Shown in pieces: positions 27,261 to 37,794 of a DNA stretch of 64,000 bases. Within the stretch, counting starts at the first letter, position 1, and each line of letters opens with the position of its first letter. Origin of the DNA: an uncultured Actinomycetes bacterium (GTDB lineage: Bacteria > Actinomycetota > Thermoleophilia > Gaiellales > F1-60-MAGs149). The notes beneath the pieces are model-generated. The model did no database searches. It worked only from the letters and a program-made list of their open reading frames with translations, and was not told the DNA's origin. The stretch lies in contig CAVRMM010000002.1 of NCBI GenBank assembly GCA_963722525.1, forward strand, positions 1,467,925-1,531,924, in the 5' to 3' direction. Position numbers and translations under genes: made by a program.

Positions 27261-28718
27261 TCATCGTGTCCGCGCGACCCCTTCCGTGGCGGCGATCCCG
27301 ACGAGCACGAACAGGACCGAGGCCATCTGGCGCTGCTGGAGGATGGCCGAGAAGAACCCGAGGAGCACGACGACCGGGACGAGCGTCACGAGGCACGAGC
27401 TCGCCCAGGCCGCGGGGCCGCGATTGCGCCCCAGCCGCCAGATGCGGAGCAGGAACCAGGCGAATCCGGCCAGGCCGAGCAGGCCGAACTCGAGGGCGAT
27501 GAGCCCCCAGTTCCCGTCGTAGGTGAAGTTGAAGCGAAGCGCCGTCTTGCCGGTATGCGTCTCGTACAGCGGATTCGACCCGTCCGCCTCGGTGCGGCGG
27601 TCGACGACCGAGCCGGGACCCGTGCCGAGGAGCAGATTGTGACGGGCAGCGATCGCGAGCTCGGTCTCGAGCAGCGCGAGGCGGAAGTTCGCCTGCTGAT
27701 CCGTCGAGAACGTTCGCGGGTCGAGGATCGCCGACCAGCGCGCGGAGAGCCCACGCGAGTCGACGTTGCCGATGGTGTCGTAGTTCGGCAGGGCCAGCCC
27801 CACCAGCACCGCGCCGATGGAGAGCCCGAGGACGACCCAGCGGTAGCCGGCGCGCCACGCCAGCACGGTCAGGCCCAGGCCGAGGGCGAGCACGCCCTCC
27901 CGGGACCCCGACAGCACGACCATGCCGCAGAGGAAGCCGATCACCGCGATCCAGACGAAGCGGTGCACGCCGAGCCGCTGCGCGCCGACCACGAGGCCGA
28001 CCAGCGCCGAGACGGCGAGCACGGTCGCGAAGTGGTTGTAGTTGTTCAGCGAGCCGGCGATCGTGCCCTCGCGGAGGAGGGCCGTCGGCGCCACCTCCAC
28101 CCCACCCACGGTGACGCTGAACTGCGGTGAGATCGCGGTCTTGAAGCCCTCGCCGAGCACGAGGCCGAGGAACCCCAGGGCGCCCTGCGCGACGCCGGTC
28201 CAGACGATGACGCGGGCGACCACGGTCGCGGACTCGGCCCCGCGGAAGGCGACCGCGGCAATCAGGATCAGCGGCAGGAAGCGCAGCTCGCTGCGGAGCC
28301 CGATCAGCATGCGGTCGATCGGGATCTGGCTGGTCGCGGCCGAGAGGACCGCCACCGCCGCGATGGCGAGCAGCGGCGCCAGGACCGGCTTCAGGCCGTG
28401 CAGCGAGCGAAGGCCCCGCGTGCAGAGGATCCCCAGGGCGAGCAGCCAGAGCAGGGCCTCGGGCGCGTAGCGGGCGCCCGCGACTGCCGACTCCGGCAGC
28501 TGCGCGAGCACCAGGCCCTCGAACGGCAGGTACGCGAGGAAGACGCAGACGAACCCGCGCAGTCCCAGGGCCATGGTCAGCGCGACGGCGCCGGTCGCCG
28601 CGGCGACGACGAACACCAGCTGCTGCGAGTCGGCCGCCAGCCGGCCGCCCGCGATGGCGGCCAGCAGCACGGCGGCCGTGCCGCCGAACGCCACCCCGCG
28701 GTGCGCGGTCGCGACCAC
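27261..28718 (-). CDS. O-antigen ligase / polymerase (Wzy)-family membrane protein
   Basis: Uninterrupted 485-aa ORF with many TM helices, the Wzy_C core (VVLSGSREGVLALGLGL) and a loop LLGTGPGS...WGLIALEFGLLGL. Confidence 0.7.
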   Translation of the reverse strand: MVATAHRGVAFGGTAAVLLAAIAGGRLAADSQQLVFVVAAATGAVALTMALGLRGFVCVFLAYLPFEGLVLAQLPESAVAGARYAPEALLWLLALGILCTRGLRSLHGLKPVLAPLLAIAAVAVLSAATSQIPIDRMLIGLRSELRFLPLILIAAVAFRGAESATVVARVIVWTGVAQGALGFLGLVLGEGFKTAISPQFSVTVGGVEVAPTALLREGTIAGSLNNYNHFATVLAVSALVGLVVGAQRLGVHRFVWIAVIGFLCGMVVLSGSREGVLALGLGLTVLAWRAGYRWVVLGLSIGAVLVGLALPNYDTIGNVDSRGLSARWSAILDPRTFSTDQQANFRLALLETELAIAARHNLLLGTGPGSVVDRRTEADGSNPLYETHTGKTALRFNFTYDGNWGLIALEFGLLGLAGFAWFLLRIWRLGRNRGPAAWASSCLVTLVPVVVLLGFFSAILQQRQMASVLFVLVGIAATEGVARTR

Positions 28719-28721
28719 GAG

Positions 28722-30113
28722 CTAGGCCGCCGCCGTCGGGGCCACGGCGCGGTCGATGCCGGTCGCCGCGCCCAGGCAGCGAGCCGCCAGCACCAGCCAG
28801 CAGACGATCGCGGACGCGAGCGCGAGGCGGTCCAGCGATTCCGACCCGGCGAACACGCACGCCGCTGCGGGGCACGCCAGCACCGTCGCCGCGAAGTACC
28901 GCGGGAGCGCGAACGCCGACGTCGCGAGGACCAGGAGCGGAGCGGCGAGCGCGACGGCGCCGCAGAGCAGCGCCCAGGCCGCCGGCTCCTCCACCCCGGC
29001 CCGGTCGAGGCCGTACAGCGCCGCGACGCCGATCGCCATCGCAGCGACCACGACGACGGTGCTGGCGCGGTAGCGGTGCTGCGCCGACAGCGCCGCGCCG
29101 AGCGGCGGGGCGACGCAGCGGATCGCGATCGCCGCGGTGACCAGCAGCAGCGGCGTCGTCATGTCGGTGTAGCGATCGCCGAGCACCCACGCCGCCGGGC
29201 TCCCGCCGACGATGAGGACCGCGATGCAGGCCGCGCCGGCCAGGACCGCCGACGCGTAGACGTGGAGCGCCAGCCAGCGGGTCTCGCTGCCGCCCGCCGC
29301 CCTGGAGAAGTCGACGAACGTCAGCGCGCCGACGGCCTGCGGGATGAGCAGGAGCGGGGTCGTGAGCGCCACCGCGGCCGCGACGCCGGCCAGCGCCTCG
29401 GGCTCCATGACGGAGCCCGCCAGCGCGATCACGAGGGGGAAGAAGGCGACCGATGCGTACGTCGCCAGGAACGACCAGCCGCCGAAGGTCAGATCGCTCC
29501 GGTCGAGTCGCCCGGTGCTCGTGCCGCCGCGCAGGGAGTCGACGATCGTCCAGACCGCGACGAACCCGACGTAGATGCCGGTGAACGTCCAGACCAGCGG
29601 CCGGTAGCCGTCCGTCAGCGCCAGGCTGCCCGCGATGCCGACGAGCAGCGTCGCGTCGAGCGCGATCTCCCGCGTCAGGAACGTCGACGTGCGGCCGGTG
29701 GCGATCAGGGTGTTCTTCGAGACGACGTACTGCGCGTACGCGACACCGAGCAGGAGCAGCAGCGGCAGGTCGCGCACCTCGAGCCACGGCAGCAGCGCGA
29801 CGGCGGCGCCGGACAGCGCCGTGCCCGCGACGAGCGACGTCAGCAGCGCGGTGCGCAGCAGGCCGCCCGTGGCTGCACCCTCGCCCGCGACGCGCGCGAT
29901 CTTCCGCATCAGGACCGGGGTCAGCGCCGACGCCGGCGCCTGCGCGATGGCGAGCCCGGCTGCCAGCAGCAGCGCGAACTGCGCGTACGCGCCGCGCTCG
30001 AGCTCGCGCGCGGCGACGACGTTGATCGCCAGCGTCGTCAGCCCGCTGATCGCGAGGCTGGAGGTGACCAGGCCCACGCGCGACAGCCCACGGATGAGCG
30101 AGAGCTCGCTCAT
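28722..30113 (-). CDS. polysaccharide flippase (Wzx / MOP superfamily)
   Basis: Uninterrupted 463-aa ORF with about 12-14 TM helices and a typical N-terminus (LIRGLSRVGLVTSSLAISGLTTLAINVVAARELERGAYAQFALL). Confidence 0.7.
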   Translation of the reverse strand: MSELSLIRGLSRVGLVTSSLAISGLTTLAINVVAARELERGAYAQFALLLAAGLAIAQAPASALTPVLMRKIARVAGEGAATGGLLRTALLTSLVAGTALSGAAVALLPWLEVRDLPLLLLLGVAYAQYVVSKNTLIATGRTSTFLTREIALDATLLVGIAGSLALTDGYRPLVWTFTGIYVGFVAVWTIVDSLRGGTSTGRLDRSDLTFGGWSFLATYASVAFFPLVIALAGSVMEPEALAGVAAAVALTTPLLLIPQAVGALTFVDFSRAAGGSETRWLALHVYASAVLAGAACIAVLIVGGSPAAWVLGDRYTDMTTPLLLVTAAIAIRCVAPPLGAALSAQHRYRASTVVVVAAMAIGVAALYGLDRAGVEEPAAWALLCGAVALAAPLLVLATSAFALPRYFAATVLACPAAACVFAGSESLDRLALASAIVCWLVLAARCLGAATGIDRAVAPTAAA

Positions 30114-30119
30114 CTGACG

Positions 30120-31653
30120 CTAACCGTCGACGGAGCTCGGGAGGGGCCGCCGAGCCTCCACGGTCGGTCGCATGACCGCCCTGGCGGTCTGGAGCGCCAG
30201 CGTCATGTCCAGCTTGATGGACCACGTCGTGACGTAGCGGTAGTCGAGCCCCACCATCTCCGAGAACGGGATGTCGTTGCGGCCCGAGGACCTGCCAGAG
30301 CCCGGTCATCCCCGGCCGGAGGTCGAGTCGCCGGCGGCCCCACTCGCCGACGTGCCGGTCCTCGGCGGGAATCAGCGGGCGCGGGCCGACGAGGCTCATC
30401 TCGCCGCGCACCACGTTCAGCAGCTGCGGCAGCTCGTCGATGCTGGTGCGGCGCAGGAACCTCCCGACTCGCGTCACCCGCGGGTCGGAGGCCGCCTTGA
30501 ACATGATCGGCGCCGCGCCGTCCCCGAGATACGCGTTGAGGTGCGCGATCTCCGACCGCCGCGCCTCGGCGTCGACCGCCATCGACCGGAACTTCCACAT
30601 CCGGAACCGCTGGTCGCGTACGCCCACCCGCTCCTGGCGGAAGAACACCGGTCCGCGGGAGTCGAGCTTGATCGCCGCGGCAACGATCAGGAACAGCGGG
30701 GCGAGGAGCACGAGGGCGAGGCTCGCGAGCACGAGATCGATGGACCGCTTGAGGACGCGATCGGACCGGGAGAGGCGCATCGGCGGCATCGAGAGCAGCG
30801 GGATCCCCTCGATCGAGTGCATCTGCACCGTCGGCGTGATCATCTCGAAGAGCCGCGGCACGACGTCGACCTGGACGTCGAGGTCCTTCGTCGAGCGCAT
30901 CAGGTCCAGCGTCTCCTCGTGCGGAGTCGCTCGAGAAGGCGACGATGACCCGGTCGATCCGAAGCTCTGCGACGATCTCGGCGCAGCTGACCGGTCGTGC
31001 CGAGCACCGGGAGATGCCGCAGCGTCGACGTGCGATGTCCGCGCGGCTCCGCGTCGATGAAGCCGACGACGTGGACGCCGTACTCCGGATGGTTCAGAAA
31101 CTTTCGCGCAACGGTCTGACCGACGTGACCGCAACCGACGATCATCGACGTTCTGCAGGTACGACGTCTGCCGCCGGCAGACGGCCCGCGCGCCGGCACG
31201 GCCGAGGCTGACGAGGCCGATGCCGATCAGCCAGAACGCGAAGATCTTGCCGAACTGCGGGGCTCGCGGCGCCCGTCACCCAGCTCGCGACGAGGACGAC
31301 GAACGGCGCCGACCGTGACGAGGTGAAAGATGCCGACGACCTCGTCGATGGTCGAGTGGTCGGTCCGCTCCTCATCGTTCGCGTAGAGCCGGTAGGCCTT
31401 GGCGAGCAGGATCCAGAACGGCAGCGTCGCAAGGAAGAGGACGTACTCCTCCAGCGCGCCGACCCGATCGAGCGAGCCGTCGGTGGTATCCGGGCCGAAC
31501 AGCGACCTGGGCGAGCGACGAACGCCACCATCAGGCCGACGAGGTCGGCCGTCGAGCAGCGCGCGTCGGATCAGCCAGCCGCGCCGATGCGCAGCGACCG
31601 GCAGCGCGCGGCCAAGCTCCAGCGCGGTCGAGCGACCTCCTGCTGACGCTCAC
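30120..31653 (-). pseudogene. WbaP-type polyprenyl-phosphate hexose-1-phosphate (priming) transferase, multiple frameshifts
   Basis: The catalytic C-domain is clear: KRSIDLVLASLALVLLAPLFLIVAAAIKLDSRGPVFFRQERVG...FRMWKFRSM...DPRVTRVGRFLRRTSIDELPQLLNVVRGEMSLVGPRP...RPGMTGLWQV. It then changes frame (SGRNDIPFSEMVGLDYRY...TAG at 30120). The Rossmann-like middle (MIVGCGHVGQTVARKF) and the N-terminal TM segments lie in other frames. Confidence 0.75.
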
Positions 31654-33282
31654 ACGTGCTCCGCTTCCCGCATGACCGTGCGCGGCGCCGTAGCCGTACC
31701 CGTAGCCGTAGCCGTCGTCCGCCTCGGCGCCCGTGACGATGACGCCGAGCACTCGGGCGCGCGTCGTCACCAGTGGCACGCCGGAGGTCGTTCGCCATCG
31801 GCCGCCGGAAGACGTTCATGCGCGCGATCAGGACGAGCCCGTCGACCCGGCTGGCGAGCGCCAGCGGATCGCCGACCGACAGCATCGGCGGCGCGTCGAC
31901 GAGCACGACGTCGTAGCGGTCGCGCAGGTCCTGGAGGATCGCCGCGAGCGCGTGCGACTCGATGAACTCGCCCGGGTTCGGCGGCAGCGGGCCGGCCGGC
32001 AGCACGTCGAGCACGGCCTCGCCGGTCATGCCCGTCGCACCGGCGGGCAGCGGCCCGCCCTCGGCGACCGCGATCGGGTGGAGCGCCCGGTCGAGGGCGA
32101 TGTGCCCGAGCGCGACGTCGGTGAGCCCGGCGGCACCCACGAGGCCGAAGAAGTTCGCGACGTACGGACGGCGCAGGTCGAGGTCGACGAGACAGACCCG
32201 GCGGCCGGCGCGCGCCATGGCGACGGCCAGGTTCGCGATCGTCGTCGACTTGCCCTCGCTCTCGACCGCGCTCGTGACCATGAGCATCCGGACCTGGTGC
32301 TCGAGGTCGGCGAACTCGATGTTCGTCCGCAGCACCCGGAACACCTCCGGCCCGGGGCGAGCCGGGTTCGTCGAGCATCACCAGGCCGTCATGGCACCGC
32401 ACCGACTTCGGCGGCTCGGGCACGCGACCGAGCAGCGGTAGGCCGAGCCGCTCGGCGATCTCGTCGCCCGTCCGGACGCGCGTGTCGAGCGCCTCGATCA
32501 GGAACGCGAGGCCGAACCCGAGGATGAGGCCGAGGACGAGGCCCATCAGGACGTCGCGTTGCGGGTTCGGCCCCGTCTTGACGGCGGCGCCGGCCTCCTT
32601 CACGACCGTCGCGCGAGCGCTGAACAGGCTCAGCATCGTCGTCAGCGTGTCGCGCTGCACCTTCAGCGACTCGAGGATGCCCTCGTTGGCCGGGGTGTCC
32701 GGCAGGCTCGCGATCTGGGCTTCGGCGTCGTCGAGGGTCTGCTTGATCTCGCGCGTGTCGAGCTGCGAGCGGTACTCGGTGTACTGCGCCGCGTAGGCGT
32801 TGACCTCCTCGACGATCGCGTCGGGATCCTCGCCGCTGACGACGAAGCGGAGGATGTCGGTGCCCTCCTCGGTCGCGACGTCGGAGCGATCGAGCAGGTC
32901 GCCGGTCGCGTCGGGATCGGTGCGTACCGAGCTCCTTCGCCGTCGCGCTGAGGATCTTCGGATCGCGCGCGACGATGGCCTGCGTCAGGGAGTCGCGCTC
33001 GGGGTCGGTCGCCAGCGTCGGGTCGGTCACGCGACCGACGCTCGATGCGACGTCCGTGCGCTTCAGCAGCACCTTCGCGCTGGCCTCGAAGGTGTCCGGC
33101 TTCCGCATCGAGACGAAGCGCAGCCGCGAGCGGCGTGACCACCAGGCAGATGATCAGGATCACCTTTCGGCGCCACGCGATGCGCAGGAAGTCACGCAGC
33201 GTCGTGACGCCGTGGCGTGCCTCGTCGTCTCGGATCGGCGCAGGGGGCCTACGCCGCCGGGGTGCCAGCTATCCCCAGGCAT
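31650..33282 (-). pseudogene. Wzc-like PCP-2 protein with C-terminal BY-kinase (tyrosine autokinase) domain, about 5 frameshifts
   Basis: - **N-terminal Wzz region:** LRDFLRIAWRRKVILIICLVVTPLAAAL, and KTGPNPQRDVLMGLVLGLILGFGLAFL (second TM helix).
- **Kinase domain:** MVTSAVESEGKSTTIANLAVAMARAG (Walker A), VLVDAPP.
- **Tyr cluster:** DDGYGYGYGYG at the end.

The pieces are spread over ORFs 32663..33163, 32389..33108, 31767..32660, 31571..32344 and 31531..31779. Confidence 0.75.
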
Positions 33283-33430
33283 GCCTTCCATCCTACGGCC
33301 GAAATCTCGGGCTCGCCAGGGGAATATCTTTTGGACCAATGACGCCCGTTCGGACTAGGGTGAGGGAAGCCTCCTGGTGTTCGCGGCGGGCCTCTAGACT
33401 CGACGAGCGGGGATGGCGAGCTGACTCACA

Positions 33431-34645
33431 TTGGACGTCCGCCGGCGCGCGATCCTGGTCGTCGAGAATCTGCCCGTGCCGCTCGATCGGCGCGTCTGGC
33501 AGTCGGCCCTCGCGCTGCGTCGCGCCGGCTGGGACGTCGACGTCGTGTGTCCGCGCGGACGCGTGCGCGACACGGAGATCTCGGTCGTGCTCGACGGCGT
33601 CGCGCATCCACCGCTACGCGCTCTGCACGGCGACCGGCGGCAAGCTCGGCTACCTGCGCGAGTACTCGCAGGCGTTCCGGCGGGTCCGGCGGATGGTGCG
33701 GCGATCTGTGCGACGACGGCCCGGTCGACGTCGTCCACGTCTGCAACCCGCCCGACGTGATGATGCTGGCGTGCCGCACGGCGGTGCCGAAGGGCGTGCC
33801 GCTGGTGTTCGATCACCACGATCTCTTCCCGGAGCTCTACACCGCGCGGTTCGGACGGTCGTCCGGCTTCGTGTACCGGCTCGCGCGCCTGCTCGAGCGC
33901 GTGTCCTACCGGCTGGCCAAGGTCGTGATCGTCCCGAACGACTCCTACCGCTCGGTCGCGCTCGGCCGCGGCGGGAAGCGGGCGAGCGACGTGTTCGTGG
34001 TGCGCAACGCGCCCGACCTCGACACGTTCACGGTGGTCGAGCCGGATCCGAGTCGCTGCGGCGCGGCCACGCTCATCTGATCGCCTATCTCGGCGTGATG
34101 GGCCCGCAGGACGGCGTCGACCACGCGCTGCGGGCGCTGGCCGCTCTCAGGCAGCAGCGCGACGACTGGCACGCCGTGTTCATGGGCGACGGCGACGTCC
34201 TCGCCGCGATGGTGCGCCTGGCCGGCAAGCTCGGCATCGCCGGCCACGTCGAGTTCACCGGCATGGTCGGCGACGCCGAGATCGTGCGCGTGCTGTCGAC
34301 TGCCGACGTCTGCATCGCACCCGATCCCAAGAACGCCTTCAACGACCGCTCGACCATGAACAAGATCGTCGAGTACATGGCGATGGGGAAGCCCGTGGTC
34401 GCCTACGACCTCGCCGAGGCGCACGTCTCGGCCAACGGCGGCGGGCTGTTCGCCCAGGCCGACGACGTCGAGGGCTTCGCCGCGCACATCGACACGCTGC
34501 TCGAGCGACCCCGCGCTGCGGGCGACGACTCGGCGCGCTGGGCCGAGAGCGCGTCGAGACCGAGCTGAACTGGCGCCGGTCGGAGCAGGCGCTGCTCGCC
34601 GCCTACGACGAGGCGTTGATACCAGCCGTCAAAGATTCACGGTGA
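33431..34645 (+). pseudogene. GT4-family glycosyltransferase, several frameshifts; 3' end uncertain
   Basis: Fragments in three plus frames: MDVRRRAILVVENLPVPLDRRVWQSALALRRAGWDVDVVCP; VDVVHVCNPPDVMMLA...VFDHHDLFPELY; and HLIAYLGVMGPQDGVDHALRAL...FMGDGDVL...VEFTGMV...DPKNAFNDRSTMNKIVEYMAMGKPVVAYD; then ELNWRRSEQALLAAYDEAL. No clean stop is present in the last frame. Confidence 0.7.
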
Positions 34646-35536
34646 ACTTGACGGTTAGCGTCAGGGCTCTGACCACTATGGCCCGCGCGCTGTCGAGCTA
34701 CGGCGTGCGCTCGTTGGGCGTCATCCGGCCTCCGGCCCCGCTCCTGCGTCTCCACCGGATCCCGAACGACCGTCTCGCCGCCGAGCGGGCGCGTCTCAGT
34801 CGTCGCGTCATCGACGGGGCGCCGCGCGATTGTCTCGTCGTTGGCAGGGCGCGTCGCCGTTCCCTCGTCGTCGACAGGACGGGTCACGATCGTCTCCTCG
34901 TCAACGGGGCGCGTGGCGATCGTCCCGTCATCGGCGACGGGGCGCGTCGCGACGGCGTCATCGTCGACAGGACGCGTCGCCGCCGCGACGGGGCCTGCCA
35001 CGATCGCCCCGGCGGCGACGGGGCGTCGCCGCGCGCGCGTCCCGCATCTCCTCATCGGTGGTGAGCATCTCCTCATCGGTGGTGACGATCTCGCGCTCGA
35101 CGACCAGCTCCTCGACGACGCCGACGCGGGGCTCGAGCATCGACAACGCGAGCAGCAGACCGCTTGCGAAGGCGAAGGCGGCGAGCGAGTCGCTCCAGCG
35201 CGCGAGCACGTCGTCACCCGCAACGGAGCGGGCCTCGTCGGCCAGCCAGGCGGGGTCGCCCGTCCCGGCGGCCACCACGGCCGCCGCGATCACGGTCCAC
35301 GGGATGAACACGAACAGGAACAGCGGCACGTTGACCCGCATCCCGGGGCGCCGCATGCCGCCGGCCTGGTAGAAGATTCCCGCCACCAACCCGGCCGCCG
35401 CCCACAGCAGCGGCACGGCCCAGACCGGGTTGTCGATGACATCCCCCGCGTCAGGCACGAAGTAGAAGATGACCGCCGCGAGGGCGAAACCGACCAGGGC
35501 TGTCAGGGCGCGAATCATGGGTGAGGGCCTCCCCAC
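34603..35536 (-). pseudogene. membrane protein with acidic T-R-P-V-D-D tandem-repeat tail, one frameshift near 35020
   Basis: The N-terminal half (ORF 34958..35536) has 4 TM helices. It is followed by EELVVEREIVTTDEEMLTTDEEM. The tail (frame of ORF 34603..35223) holds about 8 units of ATRPVDD(D/E)xx(I/V). I recognise no family. Confidence 0.4.
34744..35085. repeat. coding tandem repeats: about eight degenerate 30-33-bp units (34744-34980) and a perfect 21-bp tandem duplication (35044-35085)
   Basis: gcatctcctcatcggtggtga occurs twice back to back at 35044-35064 and 35065-35085. Upstream, cgtcatcgacggggcgcg...-type units recur and encode the TRPVDD repeats on the minus strand. Confidence 0.8.
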
Positions 35537-35590
35537 ACCGCGTCCTCCGAAACGTGTTCGAGCTGCGCGCGATAGCTAGGATCTGGCGCG

Positions 35591-36163
35591 ATGCTGATCT
35601 CCCGGAAGCACCTCGACGGCATCGCGGCCGGGGAGATCGATCGCGCGTTTCGCCGCTGGAAGCGCCCCACTGTGCGCGCCGGCGGCACGCTGCGCACGTC
35701 GATCGGGCTGCTCGCCATCGACGCGGTCGAGCCCCTCACCGACGCCGACGTGACCGAGGAGGACGCGCGGCACGCCGGGTTCGAGTCGCGCGAGGCGCTG
35801 TTCGCGTTCCTGCCTGTCCGCGACGAGCAGTTGTACCGCATCCGCCTGCGCACCGGCGGGGTCGACCCCCGTGCGGCCCTGCGCGAGCAGGCGGTCCTGA
35901 CGCAGGAGGAGATCCGCGAACTGCACTCCCGGCTCGCCCGGATGGACGCCCGCTCGCCCGACGGGCCGTGGACGGCCGCAACGCTGGCGGCGATCGCGGA
36001 CGCGCCCGGCACCCGCGCCGCCGACCTGGCCGAGTCGCTCGGGCGCGAGCGGCTGCCGTTCAAGGCCGACGTGCGCAAGCTGAAGGCGCTGGGGCTGACC
36101 GAGAGCCTCGAGATCGGCTACCGCATCTCGCCGCGCGGTCGGGCGCTGCTCGACGCCGGCTAG
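35591..36163 (+). CDS. ASCH-like domain protein with C-terminal winged-helix-like segment
   Basis: Uninterrupted 190-aa ORF. The N-terminus (LISRKHLDGIAAGEIDRAFRRWKRPTVRAGGTLRT...LYRIRL) resembles ASCH/PUA-like domains. Family assignment is tentative. Confidence 0.4.
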   Translation: MLISRKHLDGIAAGEIDRAFRRWKRPTVRAGGTLRTSIGLLAIDAVEPLTDADVTEEDARHAGFESREALFAFLPVRDEQLYRIRLRTGGVDPRAALREQAVLTQEEIRELHSRLARMDARSPDGPWTAATLAAIADAPGTRAADLAESLGRERLPFKADVRKLKALGLTESLEIGYRISPRGRALLDAG

Positions 36164-36445
36164 GAGCACAGCGGCCGCTGCAGCACCGCTTCGACCACTC
36201 GTCGAACGATCCTCCGAGGCTGGCGCGGCCACAAACGGCTCCCCGCCGACCCCTCGTTGCCGCCTACTTGGCCGAGTCGCAATGCTTGCCTGAGCCGTAT
36301 GATGCCAATCCCGTGCCAGGCCGCGCGAACGGGCGCAGCATCGGGCTGGTTATGAACGCGTCGGCGACCACCTCCGAAGTCCAATGGAAGACCGCGATCG
36401 TCGTCGCGCGCCGCGACCGACGCGATCGGGACCCCGGATGAAAGC

Positions 36446-37690
36446 TTGACTGCCACACCGCTACATGGCGTCCGGATCGCCGTCGATGCGCGATACCTCG
36501 CCCGATCCGGGACGGGCATCAACGAGTACCTGGTCGGCGCCCTACGCGTACTGCGGGCGGCGGGCGCGGATCTGACGCTTGTGTCCCACATCCCGGTCGA
36601 GCCACCCGACGACTTGCGCGACCTTCCGGTCCGCGTGCTGCGGATCCTGCCGCGCAGCGGCATCGTTTGGGATCAGCTCCGGATCCCGCCGTTCCTCGCC
36701 CGTGGCCGGTACGACTGGTACTTCGCGCCGGCGAACGTCGGGCTGCCGCTTTTGCCCGTCGGCCGGACACGGCTGATGCAGACGGTGCACGACCTCGTCC
36801 CGCTCCACGAGGCCCGAACGCGGATTCGACAGCAGCCGCTGCTGATGCTCACCTACCTGCCGGCGATCGCGATCTCAATGCTGCGCGCGACGCGGATCAT
36901 GGCCGACTCGGCCGCGACGGCCGCGGATGTCCAACGTTGGTTCCGTCGCCGACCCGTCGTCACGCTCCTCCCGCTCGTCGCCATGGGCGTCGTCGGCGGC
37001 CCGCCGCCGCCGGTAGTCGAGCCGCGCGAGCCGGTCGTCGTGTTCAACGGCGGCATGGATCCGCGGAAGAACGTCGCCGTGCTCCTCCGCGCCTTCGCCG
37101 TCTTCCGCCAGGAACGGCCCTCGTTCCGACTCATCCTGATGGGCCGCCATTTCGAGTCGGTGCGGCCGCTGATCGACGAGCTCGGCCTGGTCGACGCGGT
37201 CGAGCTGACCGGGTACGTGAGTCAGGAGCGGAAGCTCGCGCTCCTTGCCGCCGCATCTGTCGTCGCCTACCCCTCGTCGTTCGAGGGATACGGCCTGCCG
37301 ATCGTCGAGGCGATGGCGTGCGGGACGCCGGTTGTATGCGGGCGCGGCGGATCGCAGCAGGAGATCGGCGGCGACGCAGCGATCTTCGTCGACCCGGTGA
37401 CGCCGGCCGCCCTGGCCGAGGCGCTCGAACGAGCTGCGGCGCTCCACGACGACCCGGATGCCCTCGCGGCCTACAGCGTCCGGGCGGCCCGGCGGCTCGC
37501 GTCCCTGAGCGGCGCCGCGATCGGCGACCGCATCGCGCTGCTGTTCGCGCCCGATCGCGGTCAGGATGCTGGCGGCGCGGCGAACCACCGCGCGCCAGCA
37601 ACCCCTGCGAACGCGGCGGGCGATGCCGGTGACCCTTCGGTCGAGAACGCTTCATTGTCGAACCGGACGACGACCTTCACTGTGCGGTAA
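36446..37690 (+). CDS. GT4-family glycosyltransferase
   Basis: Uninterrupted 414-aa ORF with IAVDARYLARSGTGINEYL, VVFNGGMDPRKNV and AYPSSFEGYGLPIVEAMACGTPVVCG (the E-x7-E region). Confidence 0.8.
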   Translation: MTATPLHGVRIAVDARYLARSGTGINEYLVGALRVLRAAGADLTLVSHIPVEPPDDLRDLPVRVLRILPRSGIVWDQLRIPPFLARGRYDWYFAPANVGLPLLPVGRTRLMQTVHDLVPLHEARTRIRQQPLLMLTYLPAIAISMLRATRIMADSAATAADVQRWFRRRPVVTLLPLVAMGVVGGPPPPVVEPREPVVVFNGGMDPRKNVAVLLRAFAVFRQERPSFRLILMGRHFESVRPLIDELGLVDAVELTGYVSQERKLALLAAASVVAYPSSFEGYGLPIVEAMACGTPVVCGRGGSQQEIGGDAAIFVDPVTPAALAEALERAAALHDDPDALAAYSVRAARRLASLSGAAIGDRIALLFAPDRGQDAGGAANHRAPATPANAAGDAGDPSVENASLSNRTTTFTVR

Positions 37691-37794
37691 GATCGTCGCG
37701 GCGTCAGGCCGTCCTGAAGCGCCGGCGGACCCCGAGGCCGCAGCGCGCCGACTGAACCGCCAGCCGCGACCGTCGCGCCGATCGGCCCGCGCCA

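Noticed and set aside
27244-31134. 1296-aa minus-strand ORF (Arg/Pro/Gly/Ala-rich) spanning four genes.
   Set aside because: It is an off-frame open reading typical of very GC-rich DNA. Only short stretches (the WbaP catalytic domain) are genuine. The clean ORFs 27261..28718 and 28722..30113 are the real genes there.
34642-35064. 140-aa plus-strand ORF over the repeat region as a real gene.
   Set aside because: It is antisense to the TRPVDD repeat array and is itself a periodic Arg/Asp-rich string. The frame is kept open by the repeat periodicity. The minus-strand reading connects to a bona fide TM domain.
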